From positions 60,662,146 to 60,726,145 of the forward strand of contig NC_052157.1 in assembly GCF_902713615.1 (NCBI RefSeq): 64,000 nt of DNA, in the 5' to 3' direction. The translations under genes were made by a program, and so were the position numbers. The notes under the pieces are model-generated. The model saw only the letters and a program-made list of their open reading frames with translations. It was not told the DNA's origin and ran no database searches. Shown here piece by piece: positions 48,690 to 60,847 of the stretch. How positions within the stretch are numbered: the stretch's first letter is position 1; each line of letters begins with the position of its first letter. The DNA comes from Scyliorhinus canicula. Lineage: Eukaryota.

Positions 48690-49565
48690 AACAATACAGA
48701 CACACCCAGCCCAGTCAACATTGCAAAGTCCCCTCACTAACATCTGGGACTGGTATCCAAGTTGGGAGAGCTGTGTGACATAGTCACACTCACAGAATCA
48801 ACCCTACATCCCAGACTCCTCTATCACCATCCCTGGATATGTCCTGTGCCATTGACTCCGAACCCCATGAAGTTTCACAGCTTCAGGTCAACCAGGGGCC
48901 TGGAAACTTCCTGCTGATGATCACGTCATGACCTCCCTCAGCTGATGAACCAGTTCTCCTCCATGTTCAACACCACTTTGGGAAGCACTGAGGGTAACAT
49001 GGACGCAGAATGTACTGAGTGGGTACTTCATTGCCCATTTTCAAGGGTGTTTCTGTAATACCACAAGTCACCGAGTTGGCTGAATCCTGAAGGACAAAGC
49101 TGTCAAACTGGGTGATGGAAGGAGTTAATGGTGCTATTAAGTTGCACTCACTCTCCAGAAATATCTTCCATCTGTCTCCAGATGTTGGGGTGCGGGAGGG
49201 TGGGGCCCAGAGCACCTCTCGGGCAGTTTTTACACAACCCAGTGCACTTGCCTTGAAAGTGTATCTCAGTTGGCCCAGGGCCCTGTGGGGATTCTCTCCA
49301 CAGAAGAACATAGGCTGCTGGGAATGATCAAGCTCAGGAAAACCTCCATTCTACCCCTCACAGTGAATGCAATCCTGTTGGATTTTCCACTCTGCCGACC
49401 CTGTTCCTGGTCCTTCCTGATCATTGAGCCGAGTCTCATTCCTCCCTGGATGTGTTTCCCCCAAAGCCCGATAAGAGTCTTTGAACATTTCAGCAGTTTG
49501 TTTCACACACAATATTAAACACATGATGTTTTCTTTAGAGCGAGCTCGTACTCCTGGACCGAACA
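48690..49565 (+). repeat. Inverted paralogous segment of about 23385-24310
   Basis: Colinear reverse-complement similarity through the CR1 remnant and intron up to the stalk exon. Confidence 0.88.
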
Positions 49566-49692
49566 CTCCTGGATCTTCTGCAGTAGTTCCTGGACTCACT
49601 ACTGGAGCAGCAATTGGATTGGGAATTGGAATTCTTGCGGTTTTTGTTGTTACTGGAATTGGGGTTTCCATATTCCGAAAGTTACAAAGGTG
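49539..49692 (+). CDS. Fused stalk-TM exon of plus-strand B7/BTN-like paralog
   Basis: TTCTTTAG|AG CGA...TG|GTGAGT; ERARTPGPNTPGSSAVVPGLTTGAAIGLGIGILAVFVVTGIGVSIFRKLQR; phase 1-2. Confidence 0.85.
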
Positions 49693-50992
49693 GTGAGTTC
49701 TAGAATGTTCCACAGCTCCCATTGTTAATTGTAGTTTTGTTTTATTATATTTGGTGTTGTGGAAATGTTGTGTACAGCGATACACTCTGAGCTGTGAGGG
49801 ATGTTTCAATGTTGCATTATCCAGTCACTTCCAGCTTGTTGTCATCTTCTGGCTGCTGAACTGAGGGTGAAGAGAAGGAATGTGCGACTCCGTCTATCAC
49901 AGTTAATAGACACTCACCTAATCTCTGTACCAAATATCTCACCAGCCAACATCTAAAATCCCTGAGTCCCCTCTCCTCTGACTTTTCTCCACCCTCTGAC
50001 CCTTGCTCAGTTCCCCAATCACTGACCCCATCCCCCTCCCTGGTCACTGTCTGAGTCTGAGCCAGAAGGTTTACCACCTCGGGGTCCTATCGGACCGTGA
50101 GCTGAGATTCCCACCCCATATCCTCCCCAGCACCCAGACCACCTACCCCTTTCACCCCTGTGACACCCCTACCTCCTGCACTGTCTCTGCCCATCTGCTG
50201 CTGTGACCCCCGCACTTCCTTTGTCACGTCTGCACTCGATGTTTCCCCTGGTCGTCCTCCCATCCTCTGGAAATTGGAGCCACTCTGAGACTCTACCGCC
50301 AGTATCCACACTCACCAGGTTCAGTTGTGGCCTTTTAGTGTTTCCCGAATTTTCATAAGTACCATTGTGCATCCAGCTGCCTGAATTCTGAACTCTGGAA
50401 TATTCTCTCTTTCACTCTCAGTCTCTTTCACTCCTTTTCAGATGTGCCAATATCCTACCTCTGTGACCAAGGCTTTTGGCTACTTGATCTCTTACTTCTT
50501 TATGTGGTTCAGTGCCCGGTATTTGCTAATTGCCTGTGAGGATCCTTGGGATGGTATAAGTGCTTCATAAATGAAGGTTGTTGCCCAATCTCCACTTTTC
50601 TTAATTTTTCAACCTATTCCTGTGACCCGTTCATCAGTGGTTTCAATCACGGAGTCGGCCATCTTGGATTTCTTTGTATCTTCAACAACCCCGTCTCCCT
50701 GCCCACTTCTTACCCACCTGCGGGAACTAATCCAGACTCTTGCTAACCCTATCCACTGGCTCTCCCCATCCCAATATTTCTCTCTCCATTAACCTCCCTA
50801 TAGCCTCCTCTCCCCTACACTCTGTGCTCCATCACTGTGCAACTCCTGTGACCCATTTTCCAGCTGCCATTGTTATCCAGGATGTGAGTGAAATTTAATT
50901 GGTCTGTGCTCCTGAACGATGACTTTACTCACTTGTCCACAGTGTTGGATTCTTTTAATGTAACCTGAACTCTGCTGGCTTTTCTCTCCTAG

Positions 50993-51161
50993 GAAACAAA
51001 ATAGACACAAGATCAATCAAAATGAAGCCCCTAATGGTGTCCCTTTGACTGAGATGACCTATTCACGTGAAGCACGGGGCCTTGTGACAAGAGCACCTGA
51101 GCATCAGGATGGAGCAGCTGGAGAACAAAACCTTTTGGGGAATGGGACTGTCCAGTATTAA
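50993..51161 (+). CDS. Cytoplasmic-tail exon of plus-strand paralog (55 further codons to TAA)
   Basis: TTTTCTCTCCTAG acceptor; (W)KQNRHKINQNEAPNGVPLTEMTYSREARGLVTRAPEHQDGAAGEQNLLGNGTVQY. Confidence 0.82.
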
Positions 51162-52827
51162 CTGAGATTCCACTACACTGAGCCTGGGTCAGGGAGGGGA
51201 AATCAGGCCAGCAGTGTGGATAACGAGTAGTTCCTGGTGTAAAGTCTGAGCTCAGGATTGGGATCAACAATCACTTCCCACTTTGCGCCATCTCAAAGCA
51301 AAACTCCCGGTGAAAATGGAAAATGTTACCCAAAACTGTCCAATATGTAATTAATTCCAAACGTATATATCTCAGCATTACCACATTACGTATTGGGGCC
51401 AAACCCTCTTTCAGGAACAGCCACCTTTAGCTCTGTAACCAATTCACCATTCTGTGTGTGACAGTAACTTCCAGAATATTCTCTGGGTAAGAACATAAGG
51501 AATAGGGGCAGGTGTAGGTTGTTTACATTTTTTGGCGTCACTGACAAGGCCAGCAATTATTTCCCATCCCTAATTACCCTTGAGGGTCATAAATTCTCTC
51601 CACCCTGTCCCTTCTTTTAATGACAGTTTCAGACCCCCCCATCCCAACTCCACGTACCCCACACGATTCCCACAGATTTTTGGGCACTAGTTGAAGATTA
51701 TTCATCACAGTCTTGAATATACTCAGTGACAGAGCACCCACAGCTGCCTGGGGTGGAGAATTCCAAAGATTCACACCGCTCCTGAGTGAAGACATTTCTC
51801 CTCATCTCAGTCTTAAATGGCCTGTGTCCTGAGACTGTGACCTGTGTGTCCCAGACTCTCCAGCAATGAGGGAGGCAAACACCTCTCAGCATTGACCCTG
51901 CCAAACACTCGAATGCATTCCAGTGAGATCCCCTCTCATTTTTCCCAGTCCCAGAGAATATAGGTCCATTATACTCCACCTGTCCTGATCGGACAATTCT
52001 CAGGAAGCAATCAAGTGAATCTTCACTGCACCATTGCACCAATCTCCAAGGAAAGGTCAATTCAGGGAAGGAGACCCAGAAAGTTAGGTGCTGGGTAATG
52101 GTGATGTTGGTTCTGATAAATGACTGCCTGCCTTTGTGGGAAAATTGGACCTTTGTGAATTTGCACTTTAATATTCTGTAAAAATAACCTGGATCAGTTA
52201 CCTACAGACAAATCACATGAACCTTACTAACATTTGAAGAAAAAAAGCTTAAATGATTGCTGCTATTGACTAACTCAAACTACTGTAATTGAAATGATGA
52301 TTGCTGACTGTAATTTTATTTTGTACTATATAAATGTTTTATAGTCCATTGATCTTTGCTCTCATTAGTGTGGATAGAGTTTCCCAGTGCAGTTGGATTC
52401 AGAGGGTTTAGGGGGGATTATGAGAGTCAGGGCTCTCACTGGATGAACACTCTGTAAACAGCTGCTTTCTGGTGGCTATCGGAGTCGAGTCCACTGACAG
52501 GCCACCAACTCAAGGAGCAGGGAGTGGGACAGGCGTCTCATCTCCCCCAGGGATCAACCTGTCTTTGTTTCATTCAACCCCACCTAACGTGAACATCCCA
52601 ACCTATTTCCCATTCAGTGAACAGAATGAGGGGTCTGATAGGAGTAACTTCTTATTCCCTCCTTGACCAAAATCATTCAGTACCCTGTGAATTCCCAACA
52701 TGGTTTGCTTGTTTTTATTCACGTAGAGGGATAGATATTGGACGAAGACTGCACTCCCGCTCTTCCAAATTGTGACTGTAGGATATTTTATATCAGAACA
52801 AATGGAGGCTTGAATTTGAATCCTACC

Positions 52828-52990
52828 TGTAACGAACCACCTGCCTGCAGATCAGCAACAGGAGGAGAGGCGAGAGACAGAGGGAGAGTTTCACAAACAG
52901 TGTCTCAGCTCAGCGCTGAGTGACAGAGCGGTCTGGGACCTGATTGGCTCTGTGACTCTGGATCCAATCCCAGCGCAGAGCAGAAACCGT
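52828..52990 (-). promoter_or_regulatory. Candidate promoter and non-coding first exon
   Basis: Non-repetitive; two CCAAT/ATTGG boxes; donor ACAG|GTAGGA. Confidence 0.3.
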
Positions 52991-53811
52991 TAGAGGGAAA
53001 AAAACGGTTAAAATTTGAAAAGTGGGTCGGGAGGTGAAAGGTCAAACTGAACGGCCAACTTCAGAAAGTTCAGATTATGGGCGGGGGGTGGGGTGAGAAT
53101 CACATTAAGGAAGCTGAGAGAAGGAATTTTTGGGATGAAGATGTTTAATGTGATGGGATAAACAACTGGATTTATTTAAAAGCTATTTTTTTTATTCAAA
53201 GAATAAATTTATTGTCTGGGATTGAAGCTTGCCAGAGGAGGGTGACAGCCCCACCTTCTCAAGGGAGCTCTCGGGATGGACAACAAATGTCGACCTTGCC
53301 AGTGGCACCCACATCTCAAGAATTAATATATCAGTGTAAAAATGAGAAAACTCATTCCTTCCAGTGCTTTTACATCCAGTAGATTGTGCTCCATAAGGAA
53401 GTCTCTTTTTATATGGCAGGTCCTTATCCTGACTACAACATCCAACCAGAAGTGTCTGGGTAGATACAATGGGCGGTGGGTTGACACTCCACACCCATCA
53501 GGCATCAGTTCCCCATGAGATGTCAACCCAAGTTTTCAGCGACTGGAATTCTCACCTCTGCTCACCGGGGTAGATTGAACAAGTAGGGATTGTAATAAAG
53601 AGGGGAAAATGTGTCTGGTGAAAAAGCCCCAGCCATGAGTTTGTGCATCAGACCTGAAACAAGACCAACAGCAACTAAATGGAGTGATCAATGGAGAATG
53701 AAGTAAACTCAATCCCAATGAGGAAGGTCTATTCTATCCTAAAGTGTTGATGCCAAAAGGAGAGACCCCCCAAACAACAGTTCAATGAATCTCAGGAAGA
53801 TAAATCCCTGT

Positions 53812-54045
53812 TTCAATTTATAAATAAATAAATATAGAGTACCCAATTATTTTTTTTAATTAAGGGGCAATTTAATGTGGCCAATTCACCTACCCTGCAC
53901 ATCTTTGGGTTGTTGGGGTGAAAGCCATGCAAACACGGGGAGAATGTGCAAACTCCACATGGACAGTGACCCAGAGTCGGGTTTGAACCCGGGGCCTTGG
54001 TGTCATAGGCAACAGTGCTAACCACTGCGCTACCGTGCTGCCTTA
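53812..54045 (-). mobile_element. tRNA-derived SINE
   Basis: Reverse-complement GGCAGCACGGTAGCGCAGTGG head. Confidence 0.85.
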
Positions 54046-55880
54046 AAGGCAGATGTGCTGCTGGGTAAGAGTGAGATGTTTGCTTTTGGGGTGAGTAACA
54101 GTATGAATAGCAGAGGATGGATTCGATCCATCGACCTCTGGGTTATGGGCTCATCACACTTCAGCTGCGCCACTCTGCTCCTTCGGAGGCATTGATGGCA
54201 GAAGTAAGGGGGAGGGGGGAGAGTTTATTTCAATACAGGGAGAAGATGGAGCAGATGGAGATACCGAGGTTAGTGGAGGAGATCTTGCAGGTGGACAGGA
54301 GCTATTCGGAAGCCCCGGAGGTCGAGCTGTTGAGGGAGCGGCAGGAACTGCAAATGGGGTTTGGGCTATTATCTACAGGGAAGATGGTAGGGCAGTTGAG
54401 GAGGGCGAAGGGGGCGGTCTATGAAAATAGGGAAAAGGCGAGTAGCACATCAACCGAGGAAGCAGGAGGCAGTAAGGGAGGTCCGACAAGTGATGGGGGG
54501 TGTGGTGGGGGGGACACGGTCTTGGATCCGATGGGGGTGAATGGGGTGTTTGGGGATTTTTATAGGAGGCTGTATAAGTTGGAGCCCCCTACCGGGGTGG
54601 AGGGAATGAGGTGATTTTTGCAGGGTTGGAATTCCCAAGGGTGGAGGAGGGGCTGGTGGAGGGACCGGGACCAGGGAAGGCCCCGGTTCCGGACAGGTTC
54701 CCAGTGGAATTCTTCAAAAGCTGTTTGGGGGACCTGGGGCCTCTGCTGCTGGGGGCGTTTACTGAGGCGAGGGAGCAGGGGGTGCTCTCCCCGACATTAT
54801 GACAGGCCTCGATCTCCTCAATTTTAAAGAAAGACAAGGATCCGGAGCAGTATAGGTCTTGCAGGCCAGCTTTGTTGTTAAATGTGGATGACAAGTTACT
54901 GGCCAAGATTTTGGCCTCAAGGATCAAGGTCTGTGTGCCGGGGGGTGATGGGGAGGACCAGACGGGGTTCGTTATGGGGAGGCATCTTTTGGCCAACATC
55001 AGGAGGTTACTGAATGTTAGAATGATGCCCCCGGAGGGACGAAGTGTGGAGGTGATGGTCGCCATGAATGCGGAGAAGGCCTTCGATCGCGTGGAATGGG
55101 ATTATTTGTGGGAGGTTCTGTGGCGGTTTGGGTTCGGACAGGGGTTTGTGGACTGGGTCCGGTTATTGACAAACCGGGTGATATTTCATGCTGCACCGGG
55201 GGACGAGGCAGGGATGTCTACTCTCCCCATTGTTCTTTGCCTTAGCTATAATAGCTACTGGCAATGGTGCTGAGTGTCAAGGGAGTGGCAGGGGATAGTA
55301 CGGGGTGGAGGGGGGGGTGGAGCATAGGGTTTTGCTGTACGCGGGTGACTTGCTGCTGTATATTTTGGACCCGTTGGAAGGTAGTGGGGGATTATGAGAA
55401 GTTTGGAGGAATTCAGCCCATTCTCGGGTATAAATTGAACTTGGGGAAGAGCAAGGTTTTTCTGATCAAGCAAGGGGGCAGGAGAAGAGGCTGGGGAAGT
55501 TGCCGTTTAGGGTGTTGGGGGGAATTTTCAGTACTCGGGCATTCAGGTGGCGCAGGGGTGGGAGCAGCTGCACAAACTGAATTTGGCTCGGCTGGTGGAA
55601 CAATGAAGGGGGACTTTAGGAGGTGGGGTGTGCTCCGGCTGTAATTTGCACCCGTCCCGCCATTAGTGAAAACAACGGTTCTCCTGAAGTTCTTGTTGGG
55701 TGTTCCAGAAACACCCGGTTTTAATTCCTAAGGCTTTCTTTAGGAAAGTAAATGCACTGATTTCCGGAGTTTGTTTTGCTGCGGGTAAAGCCCCACAGGT
55801 GAAGATGGTGCTGCTGGAGTGAGGTTGGGGGGGAAGGGGGGGGTTGCGGGAGGGGTTGGGTTGGGGGGATGGTTGGGGGG
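54046..55880 (+). mobile_element. L1-clade ORF2 fragments
   Basis: GKAPVPDRFPVEF, LLNVDDKLLAK, AEKAFDRVEW. Confidence 0.85.
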
Positions 55881-56459
55881 GGAAGTGGTCTCTCCCAAAC
55901 CACATCAGGTGTGTGGGAATGCAATCAAAACTGGGAATGAAATGGAAATTGACAGGTTGGTTTGTTAAAGAAAGGACTGGGTTTAGCCGGGAATATTCCT
56001 GACTTTTCATTGCAACAGGTCTGGATTGACAAACTGGGACTTTCTGGTCTGGATCAATATGACGTTCCAGTCTGTGGGGTTTGTGTCCAGAGCTCTGTTC
56101 AATTCTATTGTGGGGATTTATATTCTGAACTGTGGGGTTGGAGGAGGAGCTGGAAGATCAAAGATATTTCTCTGTCTGTCACTCCGTTTTCTCTCTGACC
56201 TTCCTCACTCTCTGTCCCTTTCTCAGTCAGCTCAGGCTGGGCTGCAGTAAACAGCAACATGAAGCATCTCATCGCTCATTCAGCAGTGATTACAGTGAAG
56301 AATCATCATGTCTGGCAGAGGATCAGATCCTGCAGGCGGGCAGCAAAGTTTACCTGCCGAGGGGGGGGGGTTTGAGGACACCACCCTGTGCACCATTCAC
56401 ACCCAGACAGTCACCATCAATGTCCAAAGGTATCCAGCTGGACTCGCCTCATCCGCGGG

Positions 56460-57100
56460 GACAAAGAACAGAGAACAGTACAGCACAGGAACAGGCCCTT
56501 CGGCCCTCCAGTCTTGTATCGGTCAACCTTGACCAAAACCCTCAGCACTTCCTTCTGCCATATCCCTCTATACCCATCCAATCCGTGTTTTTGTCGAGAT
56601 GCCTTTTGAACATCGTTAATGTATCTGCTTCCACAACCTCCCCTGGCAACGCGTTCCAGGCACTCGCCACCCTCTGCGTGGAAAACCTGCCTCTCACATC
56701 TCCTCTACATTTTGTCCCATGGACCTTAAATCTATGTCCTTTCGTGACTGAGCCCTCCACCCGGGGAAAGAGTGCCTGCCCATCCACTCCACCCATGCCC
56801 CACATAATCTTGTAGACCTCTATCAGGTCACCCCTCAACCTCCACCGTGCTAATGAAAACAGTCTGAATCTATGCAGCCTCTCAACTTAGCTAATACCCT
56901 CCAGATCAGGAAACATCTGGTTAACCTCCTCTGCACCCTCTCCAAAGCCTCCACATCCTTCTGGTAGTGTGACAACCAGAATTGTGCGCAGTATTCCAAG
57001 TGCAGCCTTACCAAGGTTCTATACAATTGTAGCATGACTTGCCAGTTATTATACTTGATACCCCGTCCAATGAAAGCAAACATTCCGTATGCTTTCTTGA
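56460..57100 (-). mobile_element. CR1 3' end
   Basis: RGDLIEVYKIM, FSTQRVASAWN. Confidence 0.85.
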
Positions 57101-57104
57101 TGAG

Positions 57105-59253
57105 GCGACCGTCATAGAGAGCGCTAGCTTCTTTGTCTCTGCGAGATCAAGCATGGCCCCTTCTAAAAGTCGCTGGCGTATGAAGTCCAACCCAATCCCC
57201 ATAACAAAAAGCGTCCCGCATAAGGAGGTTAGAATGTTCAGTGGCCATAATGGCCTGACAGTCACAGTCCCGGACTAGTGGGATTAGGGCCCGCCAGAAG
57301 TCTTCTGTGGACTCACCAGGGAGTTGAGACCGAGTGACGAGTACGTGCCTGGCGAAGAGCGTGTTTGGGGTAAATCTGGCCCCGATGGGCTACACCCTAG
57401 AGTTCTGAGGGAGGTGGCTGAAGAAATAGCGGAAGCGTTGGTTGAGATCTTTCAAAAATCACTGGAGTCAGGGAAAGTCCCGAACGATTGGAAGATCGCT
57501 GTTGTAACCCCCTTGTTCAAGAAAGGATCAAGACAAAAGATGGAAAATTATAGGCCAATTAGCCTAACCTCGGTTGTTGGTAAAATTCTAGAATCGATCG
57601 TTAAGGATGAGATTTCTAAATTCTTGGAAGAGCAGGGTCGGATTAGAACAAGTCAACATGGATTTAGTAAGGGGAGGTCGTGCCTGACGAACCTGTTAGA
57701 ATTCTTTGAGGAGGTGACAAGTAGGTTAGACCAGGGAAACCCAGTGGATGTGGTCTATCTGGATTTCCAAAAGGCCTTTGATAAGGTGCCACACAGGAGG
57801 CTGCTGAGTAAGGTGAGGGCCCATGGTGTTCGAGGTGAGCTACTGGCATGGGTTGAGGATTGGCTGTCTGACAGAAGGCAGAGAGTTGGGATAAAAGGTT
57901 CTTTTTCGGAATGGCAGCCGGTGACCAGCGGTGTCCCACAGGGTTCAGTGTTGGGGCCGCAGCTGTTCACCATATATATTAATGATCTGGATGAAGGGAC
58001 TGGGGGCATTCTAGCGAAGTTTGCCAATGATACAAAGTTAGGTGGTCAGGCAGGTGAGGAAGTGGGGAGGCTGCAGAAGGATCTAGACAGTTTGGGAGAG
58101 TGGTGCAGGAAATGGCTGATGCAATTCAACGTGAGAAAATGTGAGGTCTTGCACTTTGGAAAAAAGAATCCAAGCATAGACTACTTTCTAAACGGTGAGA
58201 AAATTCATAATGCCAAAGTACAAAGGGATCTGGGAGTGCTAGTCGAGGATTCCCTAAAGGTAAACATGCAGGTTGAATCTGTGATTAAGAAAGCAAATGC
58301 AATGTTGTCATTTATCTCAAGAGGGTTGGAATATAAAAGCAGCGATGTGCTACTGAGCCTTTATAAGGCTGTGGTTAGGCCCCATTTGGAGTACTGTGTC
58401 CAGTTTTGGGCCCCACATCTCAGGAACTTACAAGATAATACATGGCTTAGAAAGGGTGGACGCAAAGAAACTGTTTCCGTTAGGCGAGGAGACGAGGACC
58501 CGTGGGCACAGCCTTAGAATTAGAGGGGGTAAATTCAGAACAGAAATGCGGAGACATTTCTTCAGCCAGAGAGTGGTGGGCCTGTGGAATTCATTGCTGC
58601 GGAGTGCAGTGGAGGCCGGGACGCTAAATGGCTTCAAGGCAGAGATAGATAAATTCTTGATGTCGCGAGGAATTAAGGGCTACGGGGAGAATGCTGGTAG
58701 GTGGAGTTGAAATGCCCATCAGCCATGATTGAATGGCGGAGTGGACTCGATGGGCCGAATGGCCTTACTTCCACTCCTATGTCTTATGGTCTTCTGGGCG
58801 TAATTTTCTTTAAGTAGCATCATGGCTTCAGCGTAGTTTGGCACGTCCTGGATCAGCGGAAAGACATTGGAGCTCAACCTCGAGTACAGTATCTGTATTT
58901 TCTGAGCCTCCGGAACAGGGCTTGGCGCCGAGTTGATGTATGTCTCGAAACAAGCTAGCTATTGCTGAAAGTCCTTTTTGGCGTCGATACGGAGGTCCAT
59001 CTTCTGAAAACCTTAGGGCAATAAATTGATGCACGATCAATTGCACAAAGATGAGAGTTGAATACAACTGAGGCTTTATTGCTCTAAGATGTGTGGCCTC
59101 CCACAGCAGCTGGCGAAATGGCTGCTGCACGGAGGACACACATATTTATACTCAGCCTACCGGACGGAGCCAGCAGGCAGGGACTACCGTCGTACCTGTA
59201 GTACAGGTCCTACCATACATCACCTAATATAGGTGCAACAGTGGTTTATCACA
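57105..59253 (-). mobile_element. Gypsy element 3: 5' LTR (59027-59253), leader and gag, split by a CR1
   Basis: ATG GAC CTC CGT ATC after the LTR; LKENYAQK joins TLFARHVL...GESTEDFWRALIPLVRDCDCQA...FIRQRLLE. Confidence 0.88.
57371..58790 (+). mobile_element. 5'-truncated CR1 (RT and 3' tail)
   Basis: DFQKAFDKV, FANDTKL, (TCTTATG) tail. Confidence 0.9.
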
Positions 59254-59644
59254 CCCCTCCCTCCTTCCAACCCCCCCATCCCCCAGATCCTCCTCCCTCC
59301 TTCCACCCCACCCCCCAGATCCCCCTCCCTCAATGAGAAACAGCGTTTGTGGCTAACACAAAATGTGGTCTGCACAATTGTATTCAAAACAATGACAAGA
59401 ATTGTTCTCGCTTCACAGGGGACTTGTCATGATAAATAATAAATTCCTGAGCTTTAACCTTAATTTCTACCTCACCCACCCTGTACCAAGATATTCAACC
59501 ATCTGTTCCTGTAATTTTGAATTGGCACCGATCGCTTATTGAATCCCCGATGGTTCTCCCCCCCCCCCCCCCCCCCGGCCCCGCCCCCGCCCGGTGCTTG
59601 TGTAGTAGCGGCCATCCGCCAGCAGAGGGTGGCGTTGCATTACT

Positions 59645-59819
59645 TGAAATGAAATGAAAATCGCTTATTGTCACGAGTAGGCTTCAATTAAGTTACTGTG
59701 AAAAGCCCCTAGTCGCCACATTCCGGCGCCTGTCCGGGGAGGCTGGTACAGGAATCGAACCGTGCTGCTGGCCTGCTTTAAAAGCCAGCGATTTAGCTGA
59801 GTGAGCTAAACCAGCCCCT
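59645..59819 (-). mobile_element. Short tRNA-headed SINE
   Basis: Same family as 14554-14747. Confidence 0.85.
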
Positions 59820-60206
59820 TTAATCACTTTAATCACAAGATAAAGAAACAGGTTCGAGGAAGAGACACTTTACCACTTTTTCAATTCCAGCTCATTCCGA
59901 AATGCCGATTTCACTCCCAAGGCCAAAGCAGTTCCCGAAATATTTTTTCTCCCTACAATTATCCTTCTCTTCAGTAATTAATCCGGTTTCATTTTGAACC
60001 AGTATACTGACAGCAGCAGCTGATTCATAGAATGAGTCAGGGGGGAGTGCAGGGAAATGTACCTGTTCAGGTGAGTGAGACTGGACTCGGTGCAGCAGCT
60101 CAGGGTCTGCTTTTACTCAATATCTGTATGTTTTCCCTCGCATCATTATCTGTTCTGATATTTTTTTTTAAATCCCCCAGAGAACGTTTGATTATGAAAT
60201 GAGAAT

Positions 60207-60491
60207 CCGGTAGCACAGTGGTTTGCTCTGCTGCTTCACAGCGCCAGGGTTCCAGGTTCGAGTCCCGGCTTGGGTCACTGCCTGTGCGGAGTCTGCACGT
60301 TCTCCCAGTGTCTGCGTGGGTTTCCTCCCACAAGTCCCGAACGACGCACTTGTTAGGTGAATTAGACATTCTGAATTCTCCCTCTGTGTACCCGAACAGG
60401 CACCGGAGTGTGGCAACTAGGGGCTTTTCACAGTAACTTCATTGCGGTGTTACTGTAAGTCTAGTTGTAACAATAATAAAGATTATTATTA
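60207..60491 (+). mobile_element. tRNA-derived SINE
   Basis: GGTAGCACAGTGG head, GGTTCGAGTCC B-box. Confidence 0.8.
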
Positions 60492-60713
60492 TTGAATTTC
60501 TTCCAGGATTGAGTGAGGACAGGATCAGGCATGTACAATTGTGATTGATGTCCTCCTAGCTGTGAAACTACACCGTCCAGGGCCATACATGAAAGCAGGA
60601 GGTGTTCCACCTTAATGAATCATTCATTAATCCTGGTGGAGGCACATTTTGTATATGATCAATGAACGGCCTATTTTCACTGGGTGCTCTCTATCTTGGC
60701 ATCAAATACTTAC

Positions 60714-60847
60714 ATCGTCTCTTGTAAAATCCAGGAATAAAAGTAACAGACAACAATTCCCATGAAGCAGAGGAGCAGCCGCAGCTTCTTGCTGGGTATA
60801 TTCATAATTGAGGATTTAGCTGCCTCGCCCAACACCTCCGACTCCAT
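60714..60847 (-). pseudogene. SLC35B1: SLC35B1-like exon 1, apparently orphan
   Basis: MESEVLGEAAKSSIMNIPSKKLRLLLCFMGIVVCYFYSWILQET-AT|gtaagt versus recalled human [25 protein letters not shown]; no downstream exons recognised. Confidence 0.75.

Noticed and set aside
56132-56815. 227-aa ORF and an MSGRG start resembling histone H2A
   Set aside because: Similarity stops after five residues and the rest is antisense CR1.
35739-59253. LTRs at 35739 and 59027 as the two ends of one large element
   Set aside because: Same family but far too divergent in the middle to be a pair.
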